Source of the DNA: Antedon mediterranea
Lineage: Eukaryota > Animalia > Echinodermata
Length of the DNA stretch: 64,000 bases
Assembly: GCF_964355755.1 (NCBI RefSeq)
Contig: NC_092676.1
Span: forward strand, 24,694,871 to 24,758,870
Direction: 5' to 3'
This document shows, piece after piece, positions 49,206 through 62,471 of the stretch. The position numbers were made by a program, and so were the translations under genes. Position 1 is the first letter of the stretch; every line of letters starts with the position of its first letter. The notes beneath the pieces were generated by a model. It worked only from the letters and a program-made list of their open reading frames with translations. It had not been told where the DNA came from and made no database searches.

Positions 49206-52200
49206 ATGGATGTTCTTGGGTTTGGAATCCCGAACGCATGGCTGTTACTGTTACTTTTACTAATTCTTACATACATGTAAGTATGGTCTAATTTTGAAAA
49301 CTAGGCCTAGATTGTAAGACTGGCCTATTATACGATTGCGACTCAAGATTGTGAAGGTAGGAAGGAGGGTGGACATTTAAATAAGTTTGAATCACATGAT
49401 ATATTAATGGACAACCTGTTTAAATGTTTGCTTTATTTAATTCTCTAGGTATGTAACATGGGGTCATTCGACGTTTTCAAGAATGGGTGTACCTGGTCCA
49501 AAACCCCTTCCAATAATTGGAAACATGCTTGAACTGATCGGGGTAGGTGTTTTTAATTTCCTATATTAATCAGAGGAAAATGGCATAAGAGTATAAGAGT
49601 TTCATGTGTTTATTAAGTTATCAGATAATCTATATTGTTTTGACAACTCTTAACTAACTTTGTAGCCTGACCACAGCCGTCCTCCCCCACCCCTATTGAT
49701 ACTATGTTACATTCCTATGCCATCTTCTATGTTAAATTTGAAGAAACAATATAGTGTTCGACTATTCCTAATAGATCGATTGGAAGTTTAAAGCTCATGA
49801 TACCATTGTCGATACCATTACTGATAGCGGTCGGCGATTTCGTTCTATTAAGACCAATAAGGCACGATTTAAAAATAGTTTCTTTCCAGGATCTATTAGA
49901 GCCTTAAACATGATGTAGACACTTTTTTTGTAATGTTTTTGTTTTTGAGTTCGTGTTGTGTCCGTTGGATATTGTGCTCCGCCAACAGAGCAAACAGAAT
50001 GTCTATGTTTTTTCTTAAAACAAATGATAATAAAGGATACTTGACTTGACTTGATAACTTTCTTAATCAAAATCTATAGCTGAGCAGGCCAATTGTATTA
50101 CCGGTAAAATTATCTTTATTGTATTTAGGGAATGGCAATACATACAATTTATAAAGATTTGGTAGAGAAATATGGAAAAGTATGTGGGTAAGTTAAGAAA
50201 TTAAATAATTACTAATCCTAAACAAAGCATCCATTTCAAGCTTTGGAATAATCAATTGACACCGATTTTGTCACTATATAATATCTAATTGACTATTGAC
50301 AGTCAGTTTAATACAAGTCAGTGTGTATCACGTATCACACAATATCACGTAAATAACCTGAGTAAATTTGGATTGGCGGTTTTTTTGGTGTTTAACGACA
50401 ATAAATTAGTCATTGTAATCAATTTACTTGATAAAATGAACTATGGCGTTTATATTATTTATTTAATTTCAAAAGTTTCTACGAGGGAAGAACTCCAGTT
50501 TTATTGGTAGCAGATATAGACATGATGCAAGAAATAATGGTGAAAAAATTCGCAAATTTTCGCAATCGGAGAGTAAGCTGTTAACTGTTACACTTTTATA
50601 GTATAATCTTTATGTTAAATTAATAATTTCTTTTTTTCTCTGATGAACTATTAAAAGACGATGAAAAAAATTATTTAATATTTTTCTCGTATTGTGCTTT
50701 CGATAAAAAAAACCAATATGGTTATATTGTTTTACTGTTAGAACTTTCCATTGAACAACGGCATTCTCGATGAGGGGGTGAATAATCTTCATGATGACCA
50801 CTGGAGAGAAATTCGAAACGTATTATCGCCAAGTTTTTCGGCAGGTAAAATGAAAAAGGTAATGAAAAATAAATGAAGGTCATAACAGCAATAATGTTGA
50901 TAATTATGGTTATAGTAAAGAATATAATGTTCTTAAAGATGATGGAAAAATGATTAACTACAGTTGATTCTTACTGCATGTGGAATTTTGAAATGATAAA
51001 ATGGTTAAAAAGAAAAAAAAGAATGTCTAATTTTTTTAATGGATCATTAAACACAAATGTTGTTAAATGATAATGTATGTATAAAAAAATAATAGAATAA
51101 ATAATAAGTAAAAAAAAATAATTGAATGAACCCACATAGGGAAAAAAAAAGTTAAATGAAACTTTGATGGGTTATACTGTAGATGCAAAAAAGGATAATC
51201 TGTTGGAAATAAATTTTGTAAACATTTAAAGATCAAAAAAATCAATGTTAAAGGATGAGGAAAATATAATGTTAACAGTAAAAAGTTAGTAAGTAATTAG
51301 TATAACAGAGAATATCCATTGTTTAAATGAAAATATGTTTGCATAGATAAATCTAAAGAAAAATAAAATGGGACAAACCCATGGGATGGATTTATTAAAC
51401 ATAAACGTATTATAATTGTATGAAATAAATATGCATGTAGATGAAAAAAAAACCAAAAACAACTATGTAAGAAAAAATAAGCTTTGTTAATGAAAATGTG
51501 TTATAGATAATATGTATAAAAAGAGGAAACTATGTAATCAATGTGGTTAAATGATAATGTATGTATAAACAAAATAATATATGGAAATAGTTTTTTTTTT
51601 AAAGAAAATAAGTAAAAAAAAAAAAAAGTGGAATGAATCCACATAAGAGAAGAAAGTAAAAAAGTTAAATGAAAATTTAAGAAGTTATAGATTCAAAAAA
51701 AGATCTGCTGGTTTTGTAAACATTAAAGAACAAAATATTAATATTAATGTTAAAGGATGAGAACAATATTATGTTAACAGTAAACATGTAGTAAGTAATG
51801 AGTATAACAGAGAATATGCATTGTTAAATGAAAATGTGGTAGATGAAAAAATCAAAAACAACTATGTAAGAAAAAAAATAAGCTTGTTAATGAAAATGTG
51901 TTACAGATAATATGTTTAATCAATGTGATAATATGTAAACAAATGAATAAATAAGTATATGTATACAGATGATTAAACAAACATTGTAAATATAATGATA
52001 TGTATAGTGTATAGTGAAAAATATATGTAAAGAGAACAGTGGTATGGAAATAAAAGTGGGATGAACCCACATAAGATAAAAAAAAAAAACTACAGTTGAT
52101 GATTATATTTACAGATGTCTCCCTTACTAAATGCTTGTTGTGATGGACTTGTTAAAAATGTCCTCGAAAAAGAAGCTGCAAAAGAAAACGTCGAAGTTAA

Positions 52201-54781
52201 AGAGTGAGTAAAATATTTCATTATTAAATATTCTAGTTTTTCAGAAAGCAAATGAAATAACTAGATAGCGTGTTTTAATATCGAGTAATCCAGATATTTA
52301 ACCTCTCGAAATTCACTCGAAAACCCAATAGTAAAATACGTTAAACCGTACGTTGCATATTCTATGATTTTTTTGTTTGTTTTGTTCTTTTGTTGCTGTT
52401 TTTTGCAGTAGATACATTTTTCTATTTTCAATCTCTCTTTTTTTTGACATTGATAATAAATAAAGTAACCATTATTATTGTTTTATAAATGTAGATTATT
52501 TGGAGCGTTCATTATCGATTCTGTTGCGAGTTGTGGATTTGGATTAGACGTAAACTGTCAAACAAATAAAAACCACCCATTTCAGATGCATTGCAAGAAA
52601 GCCTTTGATGTTAGCTTTAGTAATTTTCTTCTGGCCCTTTCTGGTAAGCAATCAAACTTATGTGTCTCTTTAATTCACGCTAAGTAATCGTCACTAAATT
52701 TATTTGATAATAGCAAGTTTTCTCTTACCATTTAAACAATAGAACTATACTGTAAATATTTAAAAATCGAAACCGAAATGGAACTAACTAAAAGGTTACC
52801 TGATTCTCACATACATAAGATGCCATACGTACTCTTTGATCTTTACAACAACGTTGTTATTCCTATAGTACAATAAACCAATATCAATATTTCTTTATCT
52901 TTTTTCTTTATAGTACTTTTCCCTTGGACCGGTCACATTTTGAACCTATGTAAAGTTGCGGCAGTAACCCCGAAAGAAACTCTAGAATTCTTTACCGACG
53001 TTACTAATCAGGTTATTCAGTTGCGCAAAACAGACGAGAAATCAAGAGTATGTTTTTGTTCAATTGCAGTTTACTATAACAAATTCATCCAATTTCAAAG
53101 AATCGTATAATTGATTACGTATTTTATTATAAATCAGAAGTATGTTTTGGTTACAGAGAATTGACTTCATGCAATTGATGATCGATTCACACACCAACAC
53201 TCATAATGACGAAAATGGCAAAGTTTCCTCTTCAAAAGGCCAACTCACGAACAACGAAATACTAGCACAAGTAAGTAAAGTATAAAGAAGATAAGAAGAC
53301 GATTTTTTGTTTACTTTATAAAGAAAAATTAAGTTTAAGAAATGTTAAATATTTTATTATAGTATCTTTACTCTAAAATCATAATCGATTTATAAAATTA
53401 TTAATAACCTATTCGGATATGTATTTATCAGTCACTGACGTTCTTCTTCGCTGGTTTTGAGACAACAACAACGGCACTTTCGTACATCTCGTATATACTG
53501 GCACGAAATGGAGATAAACAAGACAAGTTAATTCAAGAAATTGATGAGGTCACTGAAGGAAACACCGATATCGGATACGAAATTGTTTCGAAAATGCCAT
53601 ATTTGGACATGGTGGTTACAGAATCTATAAGGATGTTCCCACCAGCAACAGTGTAAGTATAACATTTTTTTCAAAAAAAACTAAGGCAATCTAGCAACAA
53701 GATTCTTATCTCCGGAGTTCAAAGTATTTATCTATGGCTGCGACACGATCAGTTCCACGCCCCTTAACAGACACCGCGTGCCATGGAGATAATATTATGT
53801 AGGCCTACATTGTATAATAATGTTGGTATTTGTCGCAGCCACACATAAGATCAAAGGACTGTTTCTGAAAGGAAATCTGAATCTGAATTCTATCGAATTT
53901 CTATCGATTACTGGTACTTTTATTCTTTAAAGATTTGATCGTGTGTGTTCAGAAAGTTGCACAGTGAATGGCATTCAAATTCCGAAGGGAATGGTCATCC
54001 ACTTTCCAGTCTATGCAATTCATAGAGATCCTGAAAATTACCCAGAACCCGACAGGTTCAAGCCAGAAAGGTGAGTACGTTAATATATAGTTTCACAATA
54101 ATGTCCCTTCCCGCTACAATGATAAGCTATTTTCCCTTTTCATTTAAATATTAATATTGTATTATTTAATTGTGTTTCTTTACAAATGAGGGTACGTTTA
54201 TTTTTTTCAACGTTATTTTTCTATTTGTGTTTCTTTGTTATTAAAAAAAAAACAAGGTTCAGCAAGGAAGGTAAACAGCAACGAAGTCCATTTGCATTTG
54301 AAACATTTGGTAATGGACCTCGAAACTGCATCGGCATGAAGTTTGCTTTGATTGAAATTAAAATGGCAATTGTTAGAGTTTTACAAAAGGTGAAATTTGA
54401 AGTCTGCCCTGAAACAGAGGTATGTAACCTACGTCGCTAAAATTCAAGTTTAGATTGCATTTTGTAAGTCTTCCATTCGACACGGCCATTTTTCATTCTG
54501 AAGTCTTAACATCTAAGCCCCTAACACTATCAAACTTTATGTGACAAAAAAATGTGATGTTTCCCTATATGGACACAATGACGTCATACCACTACCATAT
54601 TTGAACACATTACACTTTCTTGTCAAACTAATTTGTAGACAGTACAGAGCTTTAGTCTATCTTCCCGGGTTGTGTAAATCGAGTTTGTTTTTTTCATTTT
54701 CAGATTCCACCAACTCCTCGTACAGCTGGTTTCCTTACACCTGCAAATGACTTATTTCTAAGAGTTGTTGCCAGAGATTAA
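49206..54781 (+). CDS. CYP3-clan P450, copy 2 (recent duplicate of copy 1; 13 exons, apparently intact)
   Basis: Near-identical exons and introns to copy 1; splice sites, AGFETT, ESIR and FGNGPRNCIG retained; in-frame 6-bp deletion in exon 1. Confidence 0.92.
49827..50056 (+). mobile_element. 5'-truncated Rex/L2-like LINE tail, specific to copy 2
   Basis: SGRRFRSIKTNKARFKNSFFPGSIRALN*; AATAAA plus (CTTGA)n; TGATA duplicated; empty site at ~37700. Confidence 0.8.
50969..52087 (+). mobile_element. Poly(A)-tailed retroposed A-rich insert, specific to copy 2
   Basis: 13-bp TSD AACTACAGTTGAT (50956-50968 and 52088-52100), poly(A), empty site at ~38668. Confidence 0.85.
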
Positions 54782-56074
54782 CTACTACAACTAGAACACT
54801 ACCGGCAAGAAATAGACTAGAATTTCAACGTGACATATAATATGTGTACTTTTGTTTAAAAGTTGCCTCACACTATAGTTATTAGGGAGAGGGAGAAATT
54901 CATATAAAAATGTTTGCCTTTTTTCTTTCCTGGTTGATCACAATACGCAAATGAATATACGTTCACTTGGGAATTTTTTTATATGAGCTCGTGAAAAGAA
55001 ACTGTTATAACTCATGTTATTTACCAGTAGATTGCTGGATGTGTTTACCATGATAAAAGTCGTAATGCTCGGAAGTTAGACAAATATGTTAAAATTTAAA
55101 ATGATAATGGTGTGTATACTGTAGGCTTATGTTGTTAGGGATAGAATTTACCTTGAATTTACTCTGAATCCATCTTCTTTCGATAGAGTGTGGCAGATTG
55201 ATGTAAGGAATACGTTACCCACGATTTAAAGCGACAACTATTACCAAATAGAGCTAAATAAAAACAATACATGACATTTATATGTTACGCGTGCATGGCT
55301 ATTATATTTACTATTATTTCGTAACTAATTTTTATGTAAAATGTTTATGTACAACGCACTATTTTCGCTCTCTGTTGGGTTGGCATTGAGCTGAGACGTG
55401 TGTTTGAAACGTTTAGATAAATGGTTCTCTATGACATAACAGTGGTTGTATTAGTGCTGCTTTTTGAAATTTATTTGTGTGCATCGGCTACCCAATAAAG
55501 GTATTTAAAGATCACAACCCAGAATGAAAAACAAAAACAAAATGCTTCTCCACTAGAGTTTGACTTTTCAGAGATATAACATACATTTTAAAAATGTTAA
55601 AGTAGTAGAACACGTGATACTCTCTCAGATAGGTGTTGATCGATTTATGCATAGTGATGCAAGTGATTCATAATTATACCTCTTATACAAACATTACAAA
55701 AAATTAAGTTACTGTTGTTGTTTTGGGTTTTTTGTAGGTTACTCAGATGTTAGTCATAAGTCGTATCTAAGCCTCCATATTTGGTGTGATGATGACTGTA
55801 CTTGTAAAAGGTGTGCTCAGATGTTATTTGTCTTGGCGGTGTGTCTATATATGGCATTAATCAGGCAGTTACATTGCTGCCCAAATACAATATGCCTAAT
55901 CTTTATCGACTACTTCAAACATTAACAAAATGAGTTATGCTTGCGCTTTCAGTGAATGATTAACTAGTAATACTGTAATTTGCATATGTTGAACTGTCTG
56001 GTTTAACTAGCACTTCAAATTGAGGGTGTTATGCCCATATATGGATTTGTAAATAAAATACAATTGATAGAGAC

Positions 56075-56082
56075 ATATAAAG
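56075..56082 (+). promoter_or_regulatory. TATA box candidate for CYP copy 3
   Basis: CATATAAAAG about 50 bp upstream of the ATG. Confidence 0.45.
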
Positions 56083-56129
56083 GTTGAATCATTGAATCGT
56101 ATCGTCTATTCAGTACACAACCGTTAAAC

Positions 56130-59100
56130 ATGGACCTAAGCCTAGATTTTCTACCTCTGTCTACAACATGGCTTCTGTTTATTGGTTCTTTGGTTCTGTG
56201 GTATATGTAAGTACAGTGTGTGGCTCACTTATATTATTCTGGGCATGGAGCTATCAAATTAATTTAATTGATATAGCTCCATACCATGATGGATCGGTGG
56301 TCTTAGTAAGGATTATGTGCCTATCCCCTGAATACCATATTATCATATTATTAGCGATATATCCAGATTTGCTGATGTTACACCCATTTTTCGGCATACC
56401 CTTCACAGTTTAATCATACCTCCATGGTTTAACATGAACTAAACATATCTAGTGCTAGTATATTAGATGAAAATATTATCAACGACGCTCATGCAGCAGC
56501 GAGTCTGTGTTCCCGGAAGACTTGTTGACAAAAGACAATAGAATATATAAACAAGTGATTCAGCCAATCAGAGCCCGTGAAAGTGGTGGCACTTATGGTT
56601 AAACCATCAATCGTAATACAGTAATGGCTTTGCGAAGCCGATTAGCTTCTATATTCTACCATTGGAGGAATTTTTCTACCTATAATCTATATCTTCACTA
56701 TAAAAAGAAGACAATTTCAAGGCGTATTGACTATTATAGACATATAGCTATATTTGATAATTTAAGTTTTTTTGTTTGTTTCATTTTTAATAATTGTGTA
56801 GGCCTATTGTTCATTTTTATTTTTTATTTGCCAGATATGCAACCTGGACATTCTCAACGTTTACGAAATTAAATATTCCTGGACCGAAGCCTACTGCATA
56901 TTTTGGAAATATGGGACGACTGTTTGACGTAAGTGATGGCGTTATATAGCCGTTAATTATTTATTGTTAACATAACCAATCATAGTGTCAGCGATGTTGG
57001 TAGTTGTGGAGGCCGTGGGAAAAAATTGTATTAACTTTTACAACTCCATATTCTCGACATGCGCTAACATCGGAATAATATAAGCCACAATTTTTTAAAT
57101 AAATAATGATAATTACTTTCAATATTTTATAGATTAAAAAAGGATTGCATGTCGTCCAAAGAGAATTGATTGAAGAATATGGAAAAGTAGTTGGGTGAGA
57201 AATTAATTATGTTATTGGTAATAGTTGTCAGTATTCACTAAAGCTTGGTTCCCACTAGCGACGCAATGTAACGCAATGTAACGCAATCTCTGCAACGTAA
57301 GAAAATGCCCTTCTAATAATGGTGTTTGCCCCCGCCTGCGTGAAATCAAACCAGCGATGTGTTCAACACTGTTGCGTCGTCGGTTCCCACTTGTGATTAC
57401 GCAATACATCACTTTGCATCAATACGTCGCTGTGTTACGTTGCGTGCTAGTGGGAACAACGCTTAAAACACCATTAACGCAGTAACGATTGCTTTGAGTG
57501 TTTATGCGTGGTTCCCACTAGGACGCAACGTAACGACGTAGAGACGCAAATTGCTGTATCACAAGTGGGAACCGACGACGCAACAGTGCTGAAAACATCG
57601 CTGGTTTGATTTCACACAGGCGGGGGCAAACACCATTATTAGAAGGGCGTCATACCGTATCAAGAAAGAAGTTTTACTTCTTTTAAAGAGAACAAAAATG
57701 CTTAAGTCACTACAAATGATTTCAGAGAAACCATTTTTAACAATGGTGTTAAAACTCTTTTAAAATGTATTTATCATTTTATTAGATGTTTTTCTCTTCG
57801 GTCGCCGATTATGTTTGTAGCTGATCCAGATTTGGTAACTCGTATTCTTATCAAAGATTTTGATAAATTCCGCAATCACAAGGTAAGATTTATGCGTCAT
57901 TAAAATAAATATTGGCTTTGGCGTTCCATACATTATAATTATTCAATATTTAAGTGTAAATGTACGTTCTTTAAAGGTTATGCTTATTATAATTTGTTAT
58001 TTTCATGAGTTATGATTGGGAGATAATTAATCTTCAGATCGTCATCAGCGGCGTAACGAAGAAACCTGAGGCCCCTGGTTTCAGCCTAAGTAGCCGCTCC
58101 AACGTTCGACATAATGTTAATGCCTGTTTTTTTTAGTTAGTGTTGGTTTAACCAGTGAATGCTCATTAACTGTTACGCCACTGAATGTCAAGTTTTAATA
58201 AACTATAAATTGTTTGCTTAGAAAGTGTTGTTAAAATCGGGGTTAGGAGAAGACAGTCTGATTACTCTACATGACGCTCGTTGGAAGTACGTCAGAAGTA
58301 TCTTGTCACCAAGTTTTACATCAGCTAAATTAAAGCAGGTAGGGTATGGATGATTTTAATGACGCTAATGAGTCATAGTATTATTAATTGTATTTTTAAG
58401 TTTAAAAACAAATTGTATGCATAATGAATAATATTAAAACATGAATCCACATTTTTTATATGGAAGGATGTGGAAAACAAATGGAGTTCGACAATTCAGA
58501 TGTTATTTGTGATTCGCTAACACGCTCCATGTGATATTTAATCACGTGACTATATTATCTTATTGCTTTCATTAGATGACACCGCTTATAAATGAGGCTT
58601 GTACGAATATGTTATCAAAAATAGAAGAAAAGACCAGAAATGATGAAGTGCTTGAAACCAAAGAGTAAGAAAAATTGATGAAAAAAAACCCAACGTAATA
58701 ATTTTATAATTCCGTCTCTCTGTCTAAATGTAAATGTGGGGAATAACCTCTAATTTGCAGCCTAACTAGGCTTAATTGCGCACAGATGTGGACGACACAT
58801 GCAATAAATGTCATCTCCCCTAAGGGGTACCTTTATGCCAAGTGCTGCCACCAAACGGCGCCCGTCCGTGTGTCCACAATGACAGTGGCTGAATGGACCA
58901 GTACAACGCTGAAAGATGAACTGGGTTCTTTGGAGTGCACCCGAGCCAGTGTAGACTGGAGCTTCAGTTTTAAGTCCTTATCCGAGAAGACTATACATTT
59001 CTAATTTGCAAATAGCACTATTGAAAACAGAATGTTGCAATGTTTTTGATTATTTACCTAATTTGAATAGAATATTCGGAAATTATGTGATGGAAGTTGT

Positions 59101-62100
59101 GGCCACATGTCTGTTCGGAATGCAGCTCGATTCAGAGGGTAAAGATATCGAACGTTTTGCTAAAAACGCCAAGGAAGCTTTCAATACAAAGGCTAATGGA
59201 CTAGTGGTTCTTTTAACGTGTAAGATATTTTTAAATTCATTCTTCCTCAGGGAAATTTGTCTTTATTATTTTCCATTGTACCATGTGTTTGTTGATTTGA
59301 TTTAGGCCTATTCAATATCGGCTCATTACAATTACATGAACAGAATATTAATACATAAAAATACAAAATGAAACAAAAAGCCAGGATTGTCAAAAGCGAA
59401 CCCCATCACTGTTTAACTAAGACGTTATGCAAACAAATACAGCAGGAGGGACCAGGGAAAATCAAAAGGAAGAGAGGCAAGGAAGAGAGGCAAGGAAGAG
59501 AGAGGCAAGGAAGAGAGAGGCAAGGAAGAGAGAGGCAAGGAAGAGAGAGGCAAGGAAGAGAGAGGCAAGGAAGAGAGAGGCAAGGAAGAGAGAGGCAAGG
59601 AAGAGAGGGGCAAGGAAGAGAGAGGCAAGGAAGAGAGAGGCAAGGAAGAGAGAGGCAAGGAAGAGAGAGGCAAGGAAGAGAGAGGCAAGGAAGAGAGAGG
59701 CAAGGAAGAGAGAGGCAAGGAAGAGAGGGGCAAGGAAGAGAGGGGCAAGGAAGAGAGAGGCAAGGAAGAGAGAGGCAAGGAAGAGAGAGGCAAGGAAGAG
59801 AGAGGCAAGGAAGAGAGAGGCAAGGACGCAGCAATCACAATATTATTTTGGTCGGTCACTTCAATTCATTTTTTTATTCTTTCATTGTACAGTAATTTAT
59901 ATTAAAACGCTGATTAACTTTTTTTCAATTTCAATTTCGTTTATTTCTGAACTTTCATCCATATCAACAAACGTACAAACAGAAAAAGAAAATTCGCAAA
60001 CTCTAAGCTTAAATATATAGGATATACTTCTCCATCCACAATACATTTTTAAGTTATGGAGCATATTATGTTTGACTGATTATTTTTAACTACCATAAAA
60101 AATCAAATTAAAAATGTAATTTGCTTACAGTATTATTTCCATGGACTGCACACATCTTCAACTACTTTAATGTTGGAATGATTCCAAATGATATTCTAAC
60201 TTTCTTCAAAGATGTTATTAATCAAGTTCTTACGTTACGAAAACAAGAAGAAAATTCGTCAGTAAGTTCAAATCTTTGTCTCATTGGATATATAACACGT
60301 CTGCATGTCGTCTGTATAGAGTAGTGGAGAGGTATTTACTTGTGATTTGTATAATATATGCCCTATGAGAGAACAGTCTTGTACTAACATAATAAAGTTT
60401 CTTTTATTTTTTAGAGAGTTGATTTTGTACAATGTATGCTGGATGCCCACAAAAGCAAACCGGATAATGAAGAATTTGAAGATGAATATTATAGTGATAG
60501 ATTGCAGGCACAACAAGCAACGAAACCACTGACAAGCGACGAGATAATGGCTCAGGTTGTTCTACCTTTTAATTACTATCAATCACAATGCTTTAAAATA
60601 AGTTAACAGTATACATGTTTTCTACAAGCGAATATATTCGCGCGAATCGAAAGCTGTTGAGTTTGTGGTGAAAATGCGCAACCTATCAGAACGTTCCATA
60701 ATTTTTATGTGTTTTTGTTCTTTTTTAGGCTTTAACTTTCTTCTTTGCTGGATATGAAACAACCAGTACAACGTTGTGTTATGCCTCTTACTCCCTTGCA
60801 ACGAACCTAGAAATACAAACAAGGCTTGTCGAAGAAATTGATGAGATTACCAGGGGAGACGAAAACATAACAATTGAGATGTTGAACGGGATGCCTTACC
60901 TGAATCAAGTGGTTTTAGAGGTTATGAGACTCTATCCTCCAGCCGTATAGTAAGTTACCATGTTTTTTCTGTAATAATTTACTGACACTTTTCACATAAA
61001 TAACATTCTGCTCTAGGTAAAATATTACAAAAACCGACTGAGAGATCTTTGCAACCACATTATAAACTACTTATTTGATTCAAATATTATGATTTTCAGC
61101 GTTGAACGAGAGTGTAATGAGACATGTACTATCGATGGAGTGACATTTCCAAAAGGCGTCCAAATATTCCTTGCGGTTTGGTCAATACACAGAGAGCCAG
61201 AATATTATCCAGAACCTGAGAAATTTGATCCAGAAAGGTAATACTATTTTTAGCCTATACTAGGCTACATTCAGACGTCATTCAGTACTCTCGGCCTACA
61301 TAATATATATGTCAGTACAGTATTGACAATATTTCTAGGATGTTAGGCCTATTCTTTTTGTTTTCGGTGAATAAGAACAATATGTCAAACATATTGCACT
61401 TGTCAACATTATTTAAATTTAAACAGTGATATTAATAGAACTATTTCATTTTTTTTAAATTGTGAATAATTATAGGAATTTTTACTACCGGTTTTTGTAA
61501 TTATTTAGATTTTCTAACGAAGAGAAGAAGAAGCGCCCTCAATCTACGTTTTTAGCTTTTGGTGGTGGACCACGAGGATGCATTGGTCAAAGATTTTCAT
61601 TGATTGAAATTAAAATTGCAATAATTCGCCTCTTACAAACATATACACTTGAAACTTGTGCAACAACTGAGGTAATATAATCAGATTATTTTCTTTTTTA
61701 ATCAGCATTGTCTTTAAACTATAGAAAATTTCATGACTTTCAAACACGTAGTTAGGTTACATTATGCTAATTTTCCTTTTCATTTAGTGTAACTGCATTA
61801 AACTCATCACAAACCCGTGCAATAGATCACTTATGTTACTGTCATGTAGCGGTAGTTGGATTTGACTTTTGAATTTGATGTTATACCATCTTTATTCACC
61901 AGAGCAGATACATCCAAAAGCAAAACGGAAAACATTCTATCATATTAATAGAGAATGTGTAGAGCTTTTAGTGTAAAACACAGATTATATTACTCTTATA
62001 ATATATTATTATGATTATTTATTGTTTCTGTTTTCTTTCAATCAGATTCCACCGACTCTCGGAAAACTAGGCATATTGTCGCCTGTTAACGGTGTGACAC

Positions 62101-62123
62101 TCAAAGCCGTACGACGAACCTAA
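56130..62123 (+). CDS. CYP3-clan P450, copy 3 (divergent). Exons 56130-56206, 56835-56928, 57133-57194, 57786-57882, 58222-58338, 58576-58664, 59071-59219, 60131-60261, 60415-60555, 60729-60949, 61100-61237, 61509-61671, 62046-62123
   Basis: PGPKP, WKYVR, AGYETT, EVMR, PERF, FGGGPRGCIG; same 13-exon phases. Confidence 0.92.
57242..57650. mobile_element. Harbinger-like MITE (57242-57465) plus an inverted partial copy (~57505-57650)
   Basis: GGTTCCCACTAG...CTAGTGGGAAC TIRs; second copy reverse-complementary to the first's interior. Confidence 0.65.
59468..59826. repeat. 15-bp purine-rich minisatellite (GGCAAGGAAGAGAGA), ~24 units
   Basis: Direct observation; explains four spurious ORFs. Confidence 0.97.
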
Positions 62124-62471
62124 ACGATATTGTTAATTGAACTTGTTTGTAGTGAATTTTATTGTTAATAGGAACGTTGTTAAAAGTAGTCCGTGAAAAA
62201 AGTGGTCAACAAGCAGGGCCCAATGAAAAACAGTTTCAACTGTTTGGACAACCCTAGGTAAAGAAATGTAATAATAATAGTAGGCCTACCATTAGGCATT
62301 AATCACGGGAATACTATAGGATTTTAGGATAGAACCATGTCGTAACACTTTTAACTTTAATTTTTCCACTCTCTAGGTATTAGTATTTGTTATTTCATTT
62401 TATAGTCTGTCAAATTAGAAAGCTTTTTTGCATATTATTTTTCTGATGAACAATACTGGTGGATACATTGC

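Noticed and set aside
50471-50476. Loss of the exon 4 acceptor in CYP copy 2
   Set aside because: TAG changed to AAG but the AG is retained; no evidence of pseudogenisation
58690-59005. Probable SINE remnant and 72-aa ORF in a CYP copy 3 intron
   Set aside because: GC-richer and SINE-like, but no boxes, TSD or second copy could be confirmed
59368-60020. Four long repetitive ORFs (RQGRE, LPCLS, REARK)
   Set aside because: Products of the stop-free 15-bp repeat inside a CYP intron
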